A DNA stretch of 64,000 nt from NCBI GenBank assembly GCA_037447435.1, contig JBBIGR010000012.1:32001-96000 (forward strand), given 5' to 3'. The notes beneath the pieces are model-generated. The model made no database searches. It worked only from the letters and a program-made list of their open reading frames with translations, and was not told the origin of the DNA. Positions 43,256-52,377 of the stretch are shown here, piece by piece. Within the stretch, counting starts at the first letter, position 1, and each line of letters opens with the position of its first letter. This DNA is from Fibrobacteria bacterium. Lineage in GTDB: Bacteria; Fibrobacterota; Chitinivibrionia; Chitinivibrionales; FEN-1185. A program made the translations under genes and the position numbers.

Positions 43256-44152
43256 CTAAGGATTCTCCTTATTCGAATTTATAGTGACAGCCGATTCGAT
43301 TTCTTTAAAATCTATAATTTCGTTTGGAATCGCCGCGCCACTCCAGTACCCAATGGATGCGAGCGCCTGACCGATAAGCATTCGTAAACCGTTTTGATAT
43401 GCGCAACCTGCGGCCTTTGCCATTTTAAGGAGCTTGGTTTCTTTGGGATTGTAAATAGTATCGAAAACGGTTAAATTTTTATGTAACACTTCAGATTGCA
43501 ACGGAGCGTCATCAGTATGGGGATGCATGCCGACCGAAGTGCAATTGACGCAGAGGGAACAGCGTGTAAGAGTTGCTTTGAGCGATGCGGAGTAAAGTTC
43601 CCCGGCATTGACCGGGAATCCCGTTTTTAGGGACACTTCTTGAGCCAGCGCCGTCACCTTGTGCGGATCACGGCCGATAAGGGTCAATGATTTAGGCAGT
43701 TTTTGCGCAGCAAGCGCGAAGGCGAACGTCCGCGCGGTACCGCCGTTACCGAGAATTGCGATGTCGCTTCCTTCCAGCTCAAAACGCATCCATGCCATTG
43801 CTTGTACAAACCCTTCGAAATCGGTAGTTGTCGCATGCAACAGACCGTTTTTCATGTAAATGGTATTTACCGTTCCGGTCAATAAAGAAAGATCCGAAAC
43901 AATGTCGCAATACGGAAGCACCGATTGCTTATGCGGAATCGTCACGTTCGCGCCGGCAAAATTGTTCAAGGCACGCAAGCCGTACAATGCGTGATGCAAT
44001 TCTTGCGGCAAAACGGAACAGGGCACATATACAAACGGTAATTTCAGCGCGGCATAGACATGATTGTGAATGAGCGGCGACAACGAATGGCCGAGCGGGC
44101 TTCCCAGAATCGCCACGATTTGGGTCGTACCGTCGACTCGCTGAAGCATCAT
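43256..44152 (-). CDS. aroE: Shikimate dehydrogenase
   Basis: HSLSPLIHN, GANVTIPHK, VNT, TDFEGF, GNGGTAR, NCTSVGM, IYNPKET. Confidence 0.93.
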   Translation of the reverse strand: MMLQRVDGTTQIVAILGSPLGHSLSPLIHNHVYAALKLPFVYVPCSVLPQELHHALYGLRALNNFAGANVTIPHKQSVLPYCDIVSDLSLLTGTVNTIYMKNGLLHATTTDFEGFVQAMAWMRFELEGSDIAILGNGGTARTFAFALAAQKLPKSLTLIGRDPHKVTALAQEVSLKTGFPVNAGELYSASLKATLTRCSLCVNCTSVGMHPHTDDAPLQSEVLHKNLTVFDTIYNPKETKLLKMAKAAGCAYQNGLRMLIGQALASIGYWSGAAIPNEIIDFKEIESAVTINSNKENP

Positions 44153-45081
44153 ATGATTTGGCCCGACGAATTGACAAACGCCTTCACCTGATTTCTCCCG
44201 GCGTTTTTAGCCTGGTACAAAGCGGTATCGGCTTCCTGAGTCATCGCGATGGTCGAAACGATTTCCGGTCTGTAGGCCGTTATGCCGAGCGACGCAGTCA
44301 GGCGCTTGCTCGGGAGTTGCTGTTCATTGACAAATCGATAGTCGAATATCGCGCTACGGATGTTTTCGGCGGTTTTAAGCGCCAAATTAAGCGGTTGCGA
44401 GGGCAACAAAATCGAAAATTCTTCTCCGCCATACCGGGCGACCGTGTCGTCCGGACTGCAAACCGCATGCAATATCCTGACCGTTTCGATGAGTGCCAAA
44501 TCGCCTTGAATGTGTCCGTTGACATCATTGTAAATTTTGAAATGGTCCAAATCGAGCATAATGAAGGAAAACACCTCGCCGCTCGATTGTGCGGCGTTAA
44601 AGAGCCGTTTGAATTCCTCTTCGAAGAAATGCCTGTTATATGCTTTTGTCAATTCGTCGGTAAGGGCGCGGCTCGCCGTGTCCACATACTCGTGGGCGTC
44701 CACGATTTTAGGATTTATGATTTTGCGTTTGATATTGGTATAATAGTCGAGCGTGGCGACGTGAATGCCGACGTTTCGGCCGAGCTTTTCGCTTACGAGA
44801 AATTTATGCTTGAGTATTTCACGCCAATCGCGCTTTGCCTCTTCCTCGGGCAACCGTATTTGGATGAGGGCAAAAATAATGTCCCGATAGTAGGTGCCGG
44901 GTTTCTTTCCTAAAACTTCGAGAGCATTCTCATTTGTTTTTATATGCGACTCAACATCGCCGCTGGCTTTCTCTATCCACCGGGAAGCCGTGAGTTTTTT
45001 TAAATTATCAAGATCCTCTATGTTCATGGCATTGCTGATATCGTCGGATTCCTGGGCGTATTCCTCTGCAATGTCGCTCAT
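44149..45081 (-). CDS. Diguanylate cyclase (GGEEF) with helical N-terminal domain
   Basis: DELTKAYNR, DLDHFKIYND..GH..GD, RYGGEEF, ADTALYQAKNAGRN; likely start ATG 45081 after GGAG. Confidence 0.9.
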   Translation of the reverse strand: MSDIAEEYAQESDDISNAMNIEDLDNLKKLTASRWIEKASGDVESHIKTNENALEVLGKKPGTYYRDIIFALIQIRLPEEEAKRDWREILKHKFLVSEKLGRNVGIHVATLDYYTNIKRKIINPKIVDAHEYVDTASRALTDELTKAYNRHFFEEEFKRLFNAAQSSGEVFSFIMLDLDHFKIYNDVNGHIQGDLALIETVRILHAVCSPDDTVARYGGEEFSILLPSQPLNLALKTAENIRSAIFDYRFVNEQQLPSKRLTASLGITAYRPEIVSTIAMTQEADTALYQAKNAGRNQVKAFVNSSGQII

Positions 45082-45219
45082 GATATCTCCTTTGAAAAGC
45101 GGTTGCGCCATTGTTTCTGACGCATCACAATCATTGTAAAAATAATACCAAACCATACACCGTATCACGCTACAATTTTATCCTTGATTTTTTTAAAAGC
45201 ATGTTTTATAATTACTGTA

Positions 45220-45810
45220 ATGAATGAAGCATTACTTAAATCGTTACTCCCGAAGATCGGCACGATTTTACGAGTTTTTCGGGAGAAAATCAATAAAAAC
45301 CAAGGCGAGGTCGCTAAGGTGGCCGGAATTTCCACGAGCATGCTTTCGCAAATCGAAAGAGGAGCGGTTTCACCGTCGATCGACACGCTCGTTGCGGTTT
45401 GCATGGCGCTCGACCTTGATGTTGCCGACCTTTTCAGGCGAATATCACCTGAAGCCCCGCTTAAAATCTATAGAAGAGGAAAGCGGCTTTTCACATCGAG
45501 CAAAGGGGTGCGGTTCGAACAATTATGCCAAAGTTCCGACGCATCGCATCCTGCGGAAATGCTCTTATTGGAAATAGGACCCGCAAAGCAGGCCGGCGTA
45601 TTTGGAAACGGCCACGAGGGAGTGGAAATGGGGTATGTGCTTGAAGGAAACGCTACGCTTGTCGTTGACGGCACGTCGTATGAGCTTACCGAGGGAGATA
45701 GCGTTGCCTATAACTCGCATTTGCCCCATAAACTAATAAACAACGGAAATAAAAATTTTAAAGCGGTTTGGAACACCTTGCCGCCGAACAAGGATTTTTT
45801 GGAAGGATGA
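45220..45810 (+). CDS. XRE-family HTH regulator with cupin domain
   Basis: VAKVAGISTSMLSQIERG..SPSI; HEGVEMGYVLEG...EGDS.AYNSHLPH. Confidence 0.9.
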   Translation: MNEALLKSLLPKIGTILRVFREKINKNQGEVAKVAGISTSMLSQIERGAVSPSIDTLVAVCMALDLDVADLFRRISPEAPLKIYRRGKRLFTSSKGVRFEQLCQSSDASHPAEMLLLEIGPAKQAGVFGNGHEGVEMGYVLEGNATLVVDGTSYELTEGDSVAYNSHLPHKLINNGNKNFKAVWNTLPPNKDFLEG

Positions 45811-45868
45811 AATCGGATTAAAGAACGAATTTAACATTTAAGAAAAAAGTTTGGAAAGGAACTTGAAA

Positions 45869-47155
45869 ATGGGAAAAACCATTACGGAAAAAATCTTTGA
45901 TGCGCATGTCAAAGACGAACCGTTTGCCGGCACGAAAGTACTCGGCATCGATGTTGTCATGTGCCATGAAATTACGACGCCGATCGCTATTGCCGATCTG
46001 GTCAGCAGGGGTAAAGACCGGGTATTTGACCCGACAAAAATAAAAGCAGTAATAGACCATGTGACTCCGCCGAAAGACAGTAAAAGCGCAACCCAGGCGA
46101 AAATGCTGCGCGAATGGGCGGAACGCAACAATATCCGGGATTTCTTTGACATCGGATCAAACGGTGTTTGCCATGCCTTGTTTCCTGAAAAAGGGTTTAT
46201 TCGACCCGGATACACGGTCATCATGGGCGACAGCCACACGTGCACGCACGGTGCGTTCGGCGCATTCGCCGCAGGCGTTGGTACAACCGATTTGGAAGTC
46301 GGCATTCTGAAGGGTGTCTGTGCTTTCCGGTTGCCCAAAACTATTCGCATAGACGTTGTCGGATCAATGCCAAAAGGCGTATATGCAAAAGACGTCATAC
46401 TTGAAATCATCAGAACCCTGACGGTAAACGGAGCAACCGACCGCGTTGTCGAATTCCATGGTCCGGTGATTTCGTCAATGGACATGGATCAGCGTATGAC
46501 CATTTGCAATATGGCAATCGAAGCAGGCGGAACCAGCGGCGTTTGCATGCCCGACAGTCAAACTGCTGAATATCTGTGGACGTTTATAAAAGAGGACTAT
46601 AAAAACGATAAAGCCGCCGCGGTGAAGGATTTCTTAAAATGGCACTCCGATCCAGACGCCGTTTATGAGAAAAAGATCATTGTCGATGTGAGCAAATTGG
46701 AACCTGTAACGACCGTCAATTACAAACCCGATCAGGTCAAAAAGCTTTCGGAAGTATCTGATGTAAAAATCAATCAGGTTTATATCGGTTCTTGCACCAA
46801 CGGCCGGCTTTCGGATCTGCGCATTGCGGCATCAATTATCAAGGGCACAAAGCTTGCCCACGGCGTTCGCGGAATCGTTAGCCCCGCGACACCGCAAATA
46901 TTTGAACAGGCAATGCAAGAAGGGCTTATTAAAATTTTCATGGACGCAGGGTATTGCGTTACGAACCCGACCTGCGGCGCATGCCTGGGCATGAGCAACG
47001 GCGTTTTAGCCGAAGGTGAGGTTTGTGCATCGACGACCAACAGAAACTTTTACGGGCGCATGGGAAAAGGCGGCATGGTGCATTTAATGAGCCCCGCAAG
47101 TGCCGCTGCCAGCGGAATAACCGGTAAACTGACGGATCCTAGAAAATATTTATAA
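45869..47155 (+). CDS. leuC: 3-isopropylmalate dehydratase large subunit (LeuC/HacA type)
   Basis: DHVTP, GVCH, DSHTCTHGA, IGSCTNGR, CGACLG, STTNRNF; substrate could be another aconitase-family acid. Confidence 0.88.
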   Translation: MGKTITEKIFDAHVKDEPFAGTKVLGIDVVMCHEITTPIAIADLVSRGKDRVFDPTKIKAVIDHVTPPKDSKSATQAKMLREWAERNNIRDFFDIGSNGVCHALFPEKGFIRPGYTVIMGDSHTCTHGAFGAFAAGVGTTDLEVGILKGVCAFRLPKTIRIDVVGSMPKGVYAKDVILEIIRTLTVNGATDRVVEFHGPVISSMDMDQRMTICNMAIEAGGTSGVCMPDSQTAEYLWTFIKEDYKNDKAAAVKDFLKWHSDPDAVYEKKIIVDVSKLEPVTTVNYKPDQVKKLSEVSDVKINQVYIGSCTNGRLSDLRIAASIIKGTKLAHGVRGIVSPATPQIFEQAMQEGLIKIFMDAGYCVTNPTCGACLGMSNGVLAEGEVCASTTNRNFYGRMGKGGMVHLMSPASAAASGITGKLTDPRKYL

Positions 47156-47162
47156 TCGGGCT

Positions 47163-47186
47163 GTAGGACGCGGTAACCGCCCCCTA
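47163..47186. repeat. GTAG-family REP-like palindrome
   Basis: GTAGGACGCGGTAACCGCCCCTAC (reverse complement GTAGGGGCGGTTACCGCGTCCTAC). Confidence 0.55.
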
Positions 47187-47216
47187 CTTCAATGACAATC
47201 ATTTAATGGAGGATAT

Positions 47217-47747
47217 ATGAAAACATTTGGAGGTCCGGTCCTGTTTCTTGACAGGTCCGACATCAATACCGATGAAATAATACCGGCTAAATATTTGACC
47301 GAAGTCACCAAAGAAGCGCTTGCTCCTCATTTGCTTGAAGACCTGAAACTTGAAGGATTCGACCCGCAAGGAGCGACCTTGAAAAACAGCAGAGTGGTAG
47401 TTTCCAGGGCAAATTTCGGCTGCGGCTCTTCCCGCGAACATGCGCCTTGGGCATTTGAAGTCAATGGCATTACCGTTGTTGTCGCAGAAAGCTTTGCTCG
47501 TATTTTCAGACAAAACATGTTTAATTGCGGCATGCTTGCCATAGAACTTTCAAAGCAGGAACTCGACACGTTATTTGCGGAATGCGATCCCTCATCGACC
47601 ATATGCGATGTTGATTTTGCAAATAAGACTCTGATTTTTTCCTGGGGCAAAGGACAAAGCAAATCCGTTTCATTTACGCTTGCCGAATTCGACAACGCGC
47701 TTGTAAACGCAGGCGGGTGGCTTGAATTTGCCGATGCGAAATATTGA
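47217..47747 (+). CDS. leuD: 3-isopropylmalate dehydratase small subunit
   Basis: DINTDEIIPAKYL, NFGCGSSREHAPWA, SFARIFRQN. Confidence 0.9.
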   Translation: MKTFGGPVLFLDRSDINTDEIIPAKYLTEVTKEALAPHLLEDLKLEGFDPQGATLKNSRVVVSRANFGCGSSREHAPWAFEVNGITVVVAESFARIFRQNMFNCGMLAIELSKQELDTLFAECDPSSTICDVDFANKTLIFSWGKGQSKSVSFTLAEFDNALVNAGGWLEFADAKY

Positions 47748-47769
47748 TTTTTTATTTTAGCCGATCGGC

Positions 47770-47803
47770 CAAAGGGAAGCTGGCGACAGCTTCCCTTTGT
47801 TTT
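47770..47803 (+). terminator. Terminator after leuCD
   Basis: CAAAGGGAAGCTG-GCGA-CAGCTTCCCTTTG-TTTT. Confidence 0.85.
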
Positions 47804-47892
47804 AGGGTTTCGTATGGTTTTGCCATGTATATTATGGTATAATTTATTTATTGTCCAAATTTAAGAACCTTATTTGTATTGCTGATTAATTT

Positions 47893-49731
47893 ATGGAAAA
47901 AAACGAGGACAACGGGTTCGAACGCCTCAACCTCACCCCGGACAAATCTCCAATAGCGCTTCCAGACGGAAAAAAGCAAATTCCACTTGGATCGGGTGTT
48001 ATTACAAAGTTGCTTGGAAGCGGCGGCATGGCCGCGGTATACGAGATTTGGAACCCGGAGCTCGAAATGCATCGCGCCGTGAAACTGATCAACCCGGGAT
48101 CTGCCGACATCGTTCATCAAAGATTCCAAACGGAAATAAAAATAAGTGCTAAGCTTAAACATACGAACATAGTTGAGATTCACGGCATTGGCTTATGGCA
48201 AGGACTTCCATTCATTGAAATGGAGAAAGTCGAAGGCATCGGGCTTGATGAAATCATCAGCAACCGCGGTGCCTTAAACGCCGTTGTTGCTACATCGATA
48301 GGCATCATGATTTGCAGAGCGCTTGAATACGCTCATACGCAGGATTGCACGATTTACGGTAAAAATTATCACGGCGTCATCCATCGTGACCTCAAGCCCG
48401 GTAATATCATGGTCGGTAAAAATGGAATCGTCAAGCTCATGGATTTCGGTATTGCCCGTCCCGTCGACGTTACTTTTCAAACAATGGACGGCCTGGTCTC
48501 CGGCACTTTACCGTATTTGGCGCCGGAACAAATCGAAAAAAAGAAATTGGATGTGCAAACCGATATTTATGCCCTCGGTGCAACCTTATATGAAATTGTC
48601 ACCGGGACTGTTGCGTTTCCTCAAAACAACTTCGCGCAACTTGTCGCTTGCAAAACAAGGGGCAGGTTCAAACCGATTGAGGAGTTTTCGGTCAGGCTGC
48701 CGCTTCGGCTTCGTCGCGTCATTTACAAATGCATGCAGCGGGATATCCAGAAACGATTCGATTCCGCGGAAACCCTTCTTGACGAGCTTGAGAAAATACA
48801 CAACAGCCTGACAAAGAAGACCCCCGAGGAAATAATGACCCTCACGGTTGCCGATGCCGGAAGCACGAAACTTGTTCTTGCGCAACGCAAACGATTGCCG
48901 TGGAAACTTGTTGCCTGCACCGGGCTGGTTTTAATTGCGGCCGCAATAACGAATCGATATAAGGCCCCTTTGCTATCTAAAATCAATTCTATCCGAAAAG
49001 CAAATGCCCCCCAGACATTTAAGGCAACATCCTCGGGTTCTTCCATAAATCAAAGCCCACCCCAGGTACCTGCGGATTCCGCATCCAAAGCAATGCCAAG
49101 CCGATTGCCTTTTGCGGCAAAGCAAAAACGCGAATCCAACGACAAGACAATACCGAACCGGCCTCCAAACCAGCCGAACAAAAAAAAACTTATAGAAACC
49201 TTGAGCGACAAATATGAAACCAGCGACCCTATTGCAATTATGACCAAAGAGCTGGGTTTAAAAAATTATGCCAATGTCATCGCTATTTTCAATTCTTTAT
49301 CGTTGGACCAAGCAAAATCCAATCATGCACTCTTATGTAAAATGCATGCGCTCGAAGGTATCGGTGACCTTTCAATTTTAACGAGCTTTTTTCAAGACAA
49401 CACGATAAATGACGGCGAATATTTCCTAGGAAAAGCGAAATTCGCTTATAGACGAAACGATTTAAGCGCATGCCTAAAATCGTTGGATCAAGCCATGAAA
49501 AGTCCTCATGTTTTTATTGATTACGATTTGCTCAAAAGGGAGGTATATTATTACATGGCGCTTTGTGCAACGGCCCAATTCGATGCAAGCCCGAATGAAC
49601 AGACGTATAAAAGTGCGCTGGATTCCTGGTGGCAGGTAAGAACCTCACTTCGTACCGATCCGGGTAACGAATATATGCTGAGGGCAAATCAAGAACTGCA
49701 GCGAATGGGCAAGAAAATGCAAAAAGGATAG
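47893..49731 (+). CDS. Membrane Ser/Thr protein kinase with extracytoplasmic TPR-like domain
   Basis: LGSGGMAAVY, AVK, HRDLKPGN, DFG, YLAPEQ, TDIYALG; one TM; helical C-terminus. Confidence 0.92.
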   Translation: MEKNEDNGFERLNLTPDKSPIALPDGKKQIPLGSGVITKLLGSGGMAAVYEIWNPELEMHRAVKLINPGSADIVHQRFQTEIKISAKLKHTNIVEIHGIGLWQGLPFIEMEKVEGIGLDEIISNRGALNAVVATSIGIMICRALEYAHTQDCTIYGKNYHGVIHRDLKPGNIMVGKNGIVKLMDFGIARPVDVTFQTMDGLVSGTLPYLAPEQIEKKKLDVQTDIYALGATLYEIVTGTVAFPQNNFAQLVACKTRGRFKPIEEFSVRLPLRLRRVIYKCMQRDIQKRFDSAETLLDELEKIHNSLTKKTPEEIMTLTVADAGSTKLVLAQRKRLPWKLVACTGLVLIAAAITNRYKAPLLSKINSIRKANAPQTFKATSSGSSINQSPPQVPADSASKAMPSRLPFAAKQKRESNDKTIPNRPPNQPNKKKLIETLSDKYETSDPIAIMTKELGLKNYANVIAIFNSLSLDQAKSNHALLCKMHALEGIGDLSILTSFFQDNTINDGEYFLGKAKFAYRRNDLSACLKSLDQAMKSPHVFIDYDLLKREVYYYMALCATAQFDASPNEQTYKSALDSWWQVRTSLRTDPGNEYMLRANQELQRMGKKMQKG

Positions 49732-49734
49732 TAC

Positions 49735-50664
49735 ATGGCAATGGGATTTCGTTTTCCGTCGATTATTCTACTTTCACTACTTTTTGTTCTCGCTATTCCC
49801 GATGCATCCGCATCGGAACCCGATTCAAACAGCCTACTTCTTCCGGTTGTACCCAAGTCCTTTGAGAATGAGAAAACCATTTCAATCTCCGGCCCGCTTC
49901 AAGACACTATAAAAGCAAACCGAACCCCCTATATGGTTGTAAGCGATATCGAAGTACCTTTGGGAAAAATCGTTGTCATTCAACCGGGAACGGTCTTTTT
50001 ATTTAAAAACCTTTCCGGACTTCACGTGCAAGGAAAACTTATCGCTGTCGGAACAAAGCAGCGCCCCATTGTTTTCTCTTCCGAAAACGACAGAACGGCA
50101 AATCCTTCGACCTCGCAATATCCGAACCCCTATGACTGGAACGGAATTTATGTCCACGCCGACGCGACAGGGAGTGTTTTTTCTTTTTGCGCTGTCAATT
50201 ATTCGGTTTACGGCATTGTTTCCGAGACAAAATTTTTCCGTGCCGATCCGGTTTCGTTTCGACAAAACGGGAAAAGCAATTTAGTGATCGAAGGAAAAAA
50301 TGTCGCTTCGGGCGACACAACCGTCAATTACACAACGTCAATCACCGGCGCCCAGGCGCCGGGTATAGCTTCACTGCCGGAATCGGACCCTTACCAATTC
50401 AAACGCGACATCGTGCGGTACTCCGGCTTTTCTCTTTTACTCGCCGGAATTGCCGGAGGAATTTACTCCGGCATGCAGTGGAAAAAATATCAGGATGAAT
50501 TAAACTCCATTAGCACGAATGATCCGAATGCAATACGTTCGATTAACGAAACCGATTGGGTGGCGACCCGGAATACTCGCGACAACAATCGCCTCTACAC
50601 GGGCTTAGGCGCAGCAGTGTTTTTACTGGGCGCGGCCGGATTTTATTGGAGCTTTACTTTTTAA
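49735..50664 (+). CDS. Exported protein with short beta-helix-like region and C-terminal hydrophobic hairpin
   Basis: Signal peptide; PYMVVSDIEVP...IQPGTVF...VQGKLIAVGT...PIVFSS...WNGI; ends YWSFTF. Confidence 0.65.
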   Translation: MAMGFRFPSIILLSLLFVLAIPDASASEPDSNSLLLPVVPKSFENEKTISISGPLQDTIKANRTPYMVVSDIEVPLGKIVVIQPGTVFLFKNLSGLHVQGKLIAVGTKQRPIVFSSENDRTANPSTSQYPNPYDWNGIYVHADATGSVFSFCAVNYSVYGIVSETKFFRADPVSFRQNGKSNLVIEGKNVASGDTTVNYTTSITGAQAPGIASLPESDPYQFKRDIVRYSGFSLLLAGIAGGIYSGMQWKKYQDELNSISTNDPNAIRSINETDWVATRNTRDNNRLYTGLGAAVFLLGAAGFYWSFTF

Positions 50665-50694
50665 TTTTCCGGGCTTGTTTGCAAAGGAACAGAC

Positions 50695-52296
50695 ATGAAA
50701 CGATTCTCTGCCGCATCGAGCGGAATACTTACAATGGCTATTATCGCCTGTATGGTATGTTGTTCAAAGGACTACAACCCCTTTGAAAACATTTCAAACG
50801 CGCAAGTCCATATCGCTTTAGAATCATGCTCGAAAAGGATACGCAACAACGACACGTTGCTCATATTTTCCACCGAGACGCTTTCTGTATATACGACTGT
50901 TCGGGAAAAGATCGATTCAATCAGGTTCCATGCCGACGGCAACCGGTTGCAAAACGACATGACCTTTCTTCCGCCCTTCACATCCGACAATATCGACTTT
51001 CTTTTTTCTTTTGCCGATACCGGCAAACATACGGTTTCCGCGGTCGCCTATCGCTCCGATAAATCAACCTCAGCCGCCGGCCCGCTTTCTTTTGTTGTAA
51101 AATCCCCCTTAAAACAGGATTCCATATTCTCCGTGTTCGGTGGGCCGGTTTCCCTGGCTACCGATTCGGTTGACGATAACGACGTTTTATACTGGTGGTC
51201 ATTCGGACTCGGTGTCGGCGATACCATTTACGGCCCGTTTTGCAAGTTCAAATATCCATCGCCCGACAATATTGTGCCCGGCAAAAAAGCTACGGGATAT
51301 CTTTGGGTCACGGACTTGAAGGAAAAGGACGTTTCACCCATTAGTTCCTTTTCATATGAATTTTACCGTGCGGCCGCTCCGGTCATCAAATGTACCAGCC
51401 AAGGATACCGAAATAAAGACACGGTCGCAAGCGGCGATACCCTTGTTTTTTCTATCAAAGTCACTGATTCTTCCGGCGTCGGCCTTAACAAGGTTTTAAT
51501 TGACGGCGCGGAAGTTTCGGCAATCGCCGGCGGCGAATATTCTACAATTTATACCGGTATTAAGAAATTTTCGGGCGTGGCCCCTAAAACCGTCACTGTT
51601 TTAGCAATTAACAATGTCAATGATACAACAAGCCAATCGTTTTATTGTTTTTATGAACCGACCAATATCCTCCCTACTATTGTGAAGCTTGGCCTTATCA
51701 ATCCGTCATCCTCGATTTCGACAAGGCTTAATTACGTCACCTTTGTCGTTTCGGTCGCAAAACTTACGAAAGATACCGTCAACGTGCGCGTCCTTCAGAA
51801 CGGGCAACTCGTTAAAACCCAGGCGGTAACCGATTCGGTGAAAGTCCTGTTCTGGGACCTTAACCAACTTGTGACCGGCGCCAACGTAATCGAAACGCAA
51901 GCCCTGATTCGTAGCCAAAAATATGCGGACACGTCCATTACCATCACGCAGGTTCCTTCATTTACGGATGTTACGCCACCGCAGATTGTTTCGATTTTTA
52001 TCAATAAAAAATTATTCACGGGGAACCCATTCACTCTGGCGGCAACCGATCAAAATTTCGCCGTGACCGTTATGACATTCGATAATGAAAGCGGTATTGC
52101 GTCGGTCAAGCTGCGCAACAAATTGGCGCTTGGAAATATCGCCATGACGGACAGTCTTGCCTTACATGCATGGGTGAGCGATAAGATTACCATGCCGGCG
52201 AACGGCGTTCTGAAACAATCCCAGGTAAATTTGATCCTCACTGTCACGAACAATGCGAACCTGACCATTACCGACACCATTACGGTTAAAAAGTAA
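50695..52296 (+). CDS. Lipoprotein with Ig-like domains
   Basis: MVCC lipobox then SKDYNPFENISNA; DVTPPQI, DNESGI. Confidence 0.7.
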   Translation: MKRFSAASSGILTMAIIACMVCCSKDYNPFENISNAQVHIALESCSKRIRNNDTLLIFSTETLSVYTTVREKIDSIRFHADGNRLQNDMTFLPPFTSDNIDFLFSFADTGKHTVSAVAYRSDKSTSAAGPLSFVVKSPLKQDSIFSVFGGPVSLATDSVDDNDVLYWWSFGLGVGDTIYGPFCKFKYPSPDNIVPGKKATGYLWVTDLKEKDVSPISSFSYEFYRAAAPVIKCTSQGYRNKDTVASGDTLVFSIKVTDSSGVGLNKVLIDGAEVSAIAGGEYSTIYTGIKKFSGVAPKTVTVLAINNVNDTTSQSFYCFYEPTNILPTIVKLGLINPSSSISTRLNYVTFVVSVAKLTKDTVNVRVLQNGQLVKTQAVTDSVKVLFWDLNQLVTGANVIETQALIRSQKYADTSITITQVPSFTDVTPPQIVSIFINKKLFTGNPFTLAATDQNFAVTVMTFDNESGIASVKLRNKLALGNIAMTDSLALHAWVSDKITMPANGVLKQSQVNLILTVTNNANLTITDTITVKK

Positions 52297-52319
52297 TTCC
52301 GACACTGCCGACAAAACAG

Positions 52320-52351
52320 AAAAGGGGAAGCGACGTGTCGCTTCCCCTTTT
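52320..52351. terminator. Bidirectional terminator
   Basis: AAAAGGGGAAGCGAC-GT-GTCGCTTCCCCTTTT between convergent genes. Confidence 0.85.
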
Positions 52352-52377
52352 TGCAACCTCGATCTTTTCAGGAACTG

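Noticed and set aside
44158..44913. 251-aa ORF opposite the diguanylate cyclase
   Set aside because: Antisense shadow with no independent evidence
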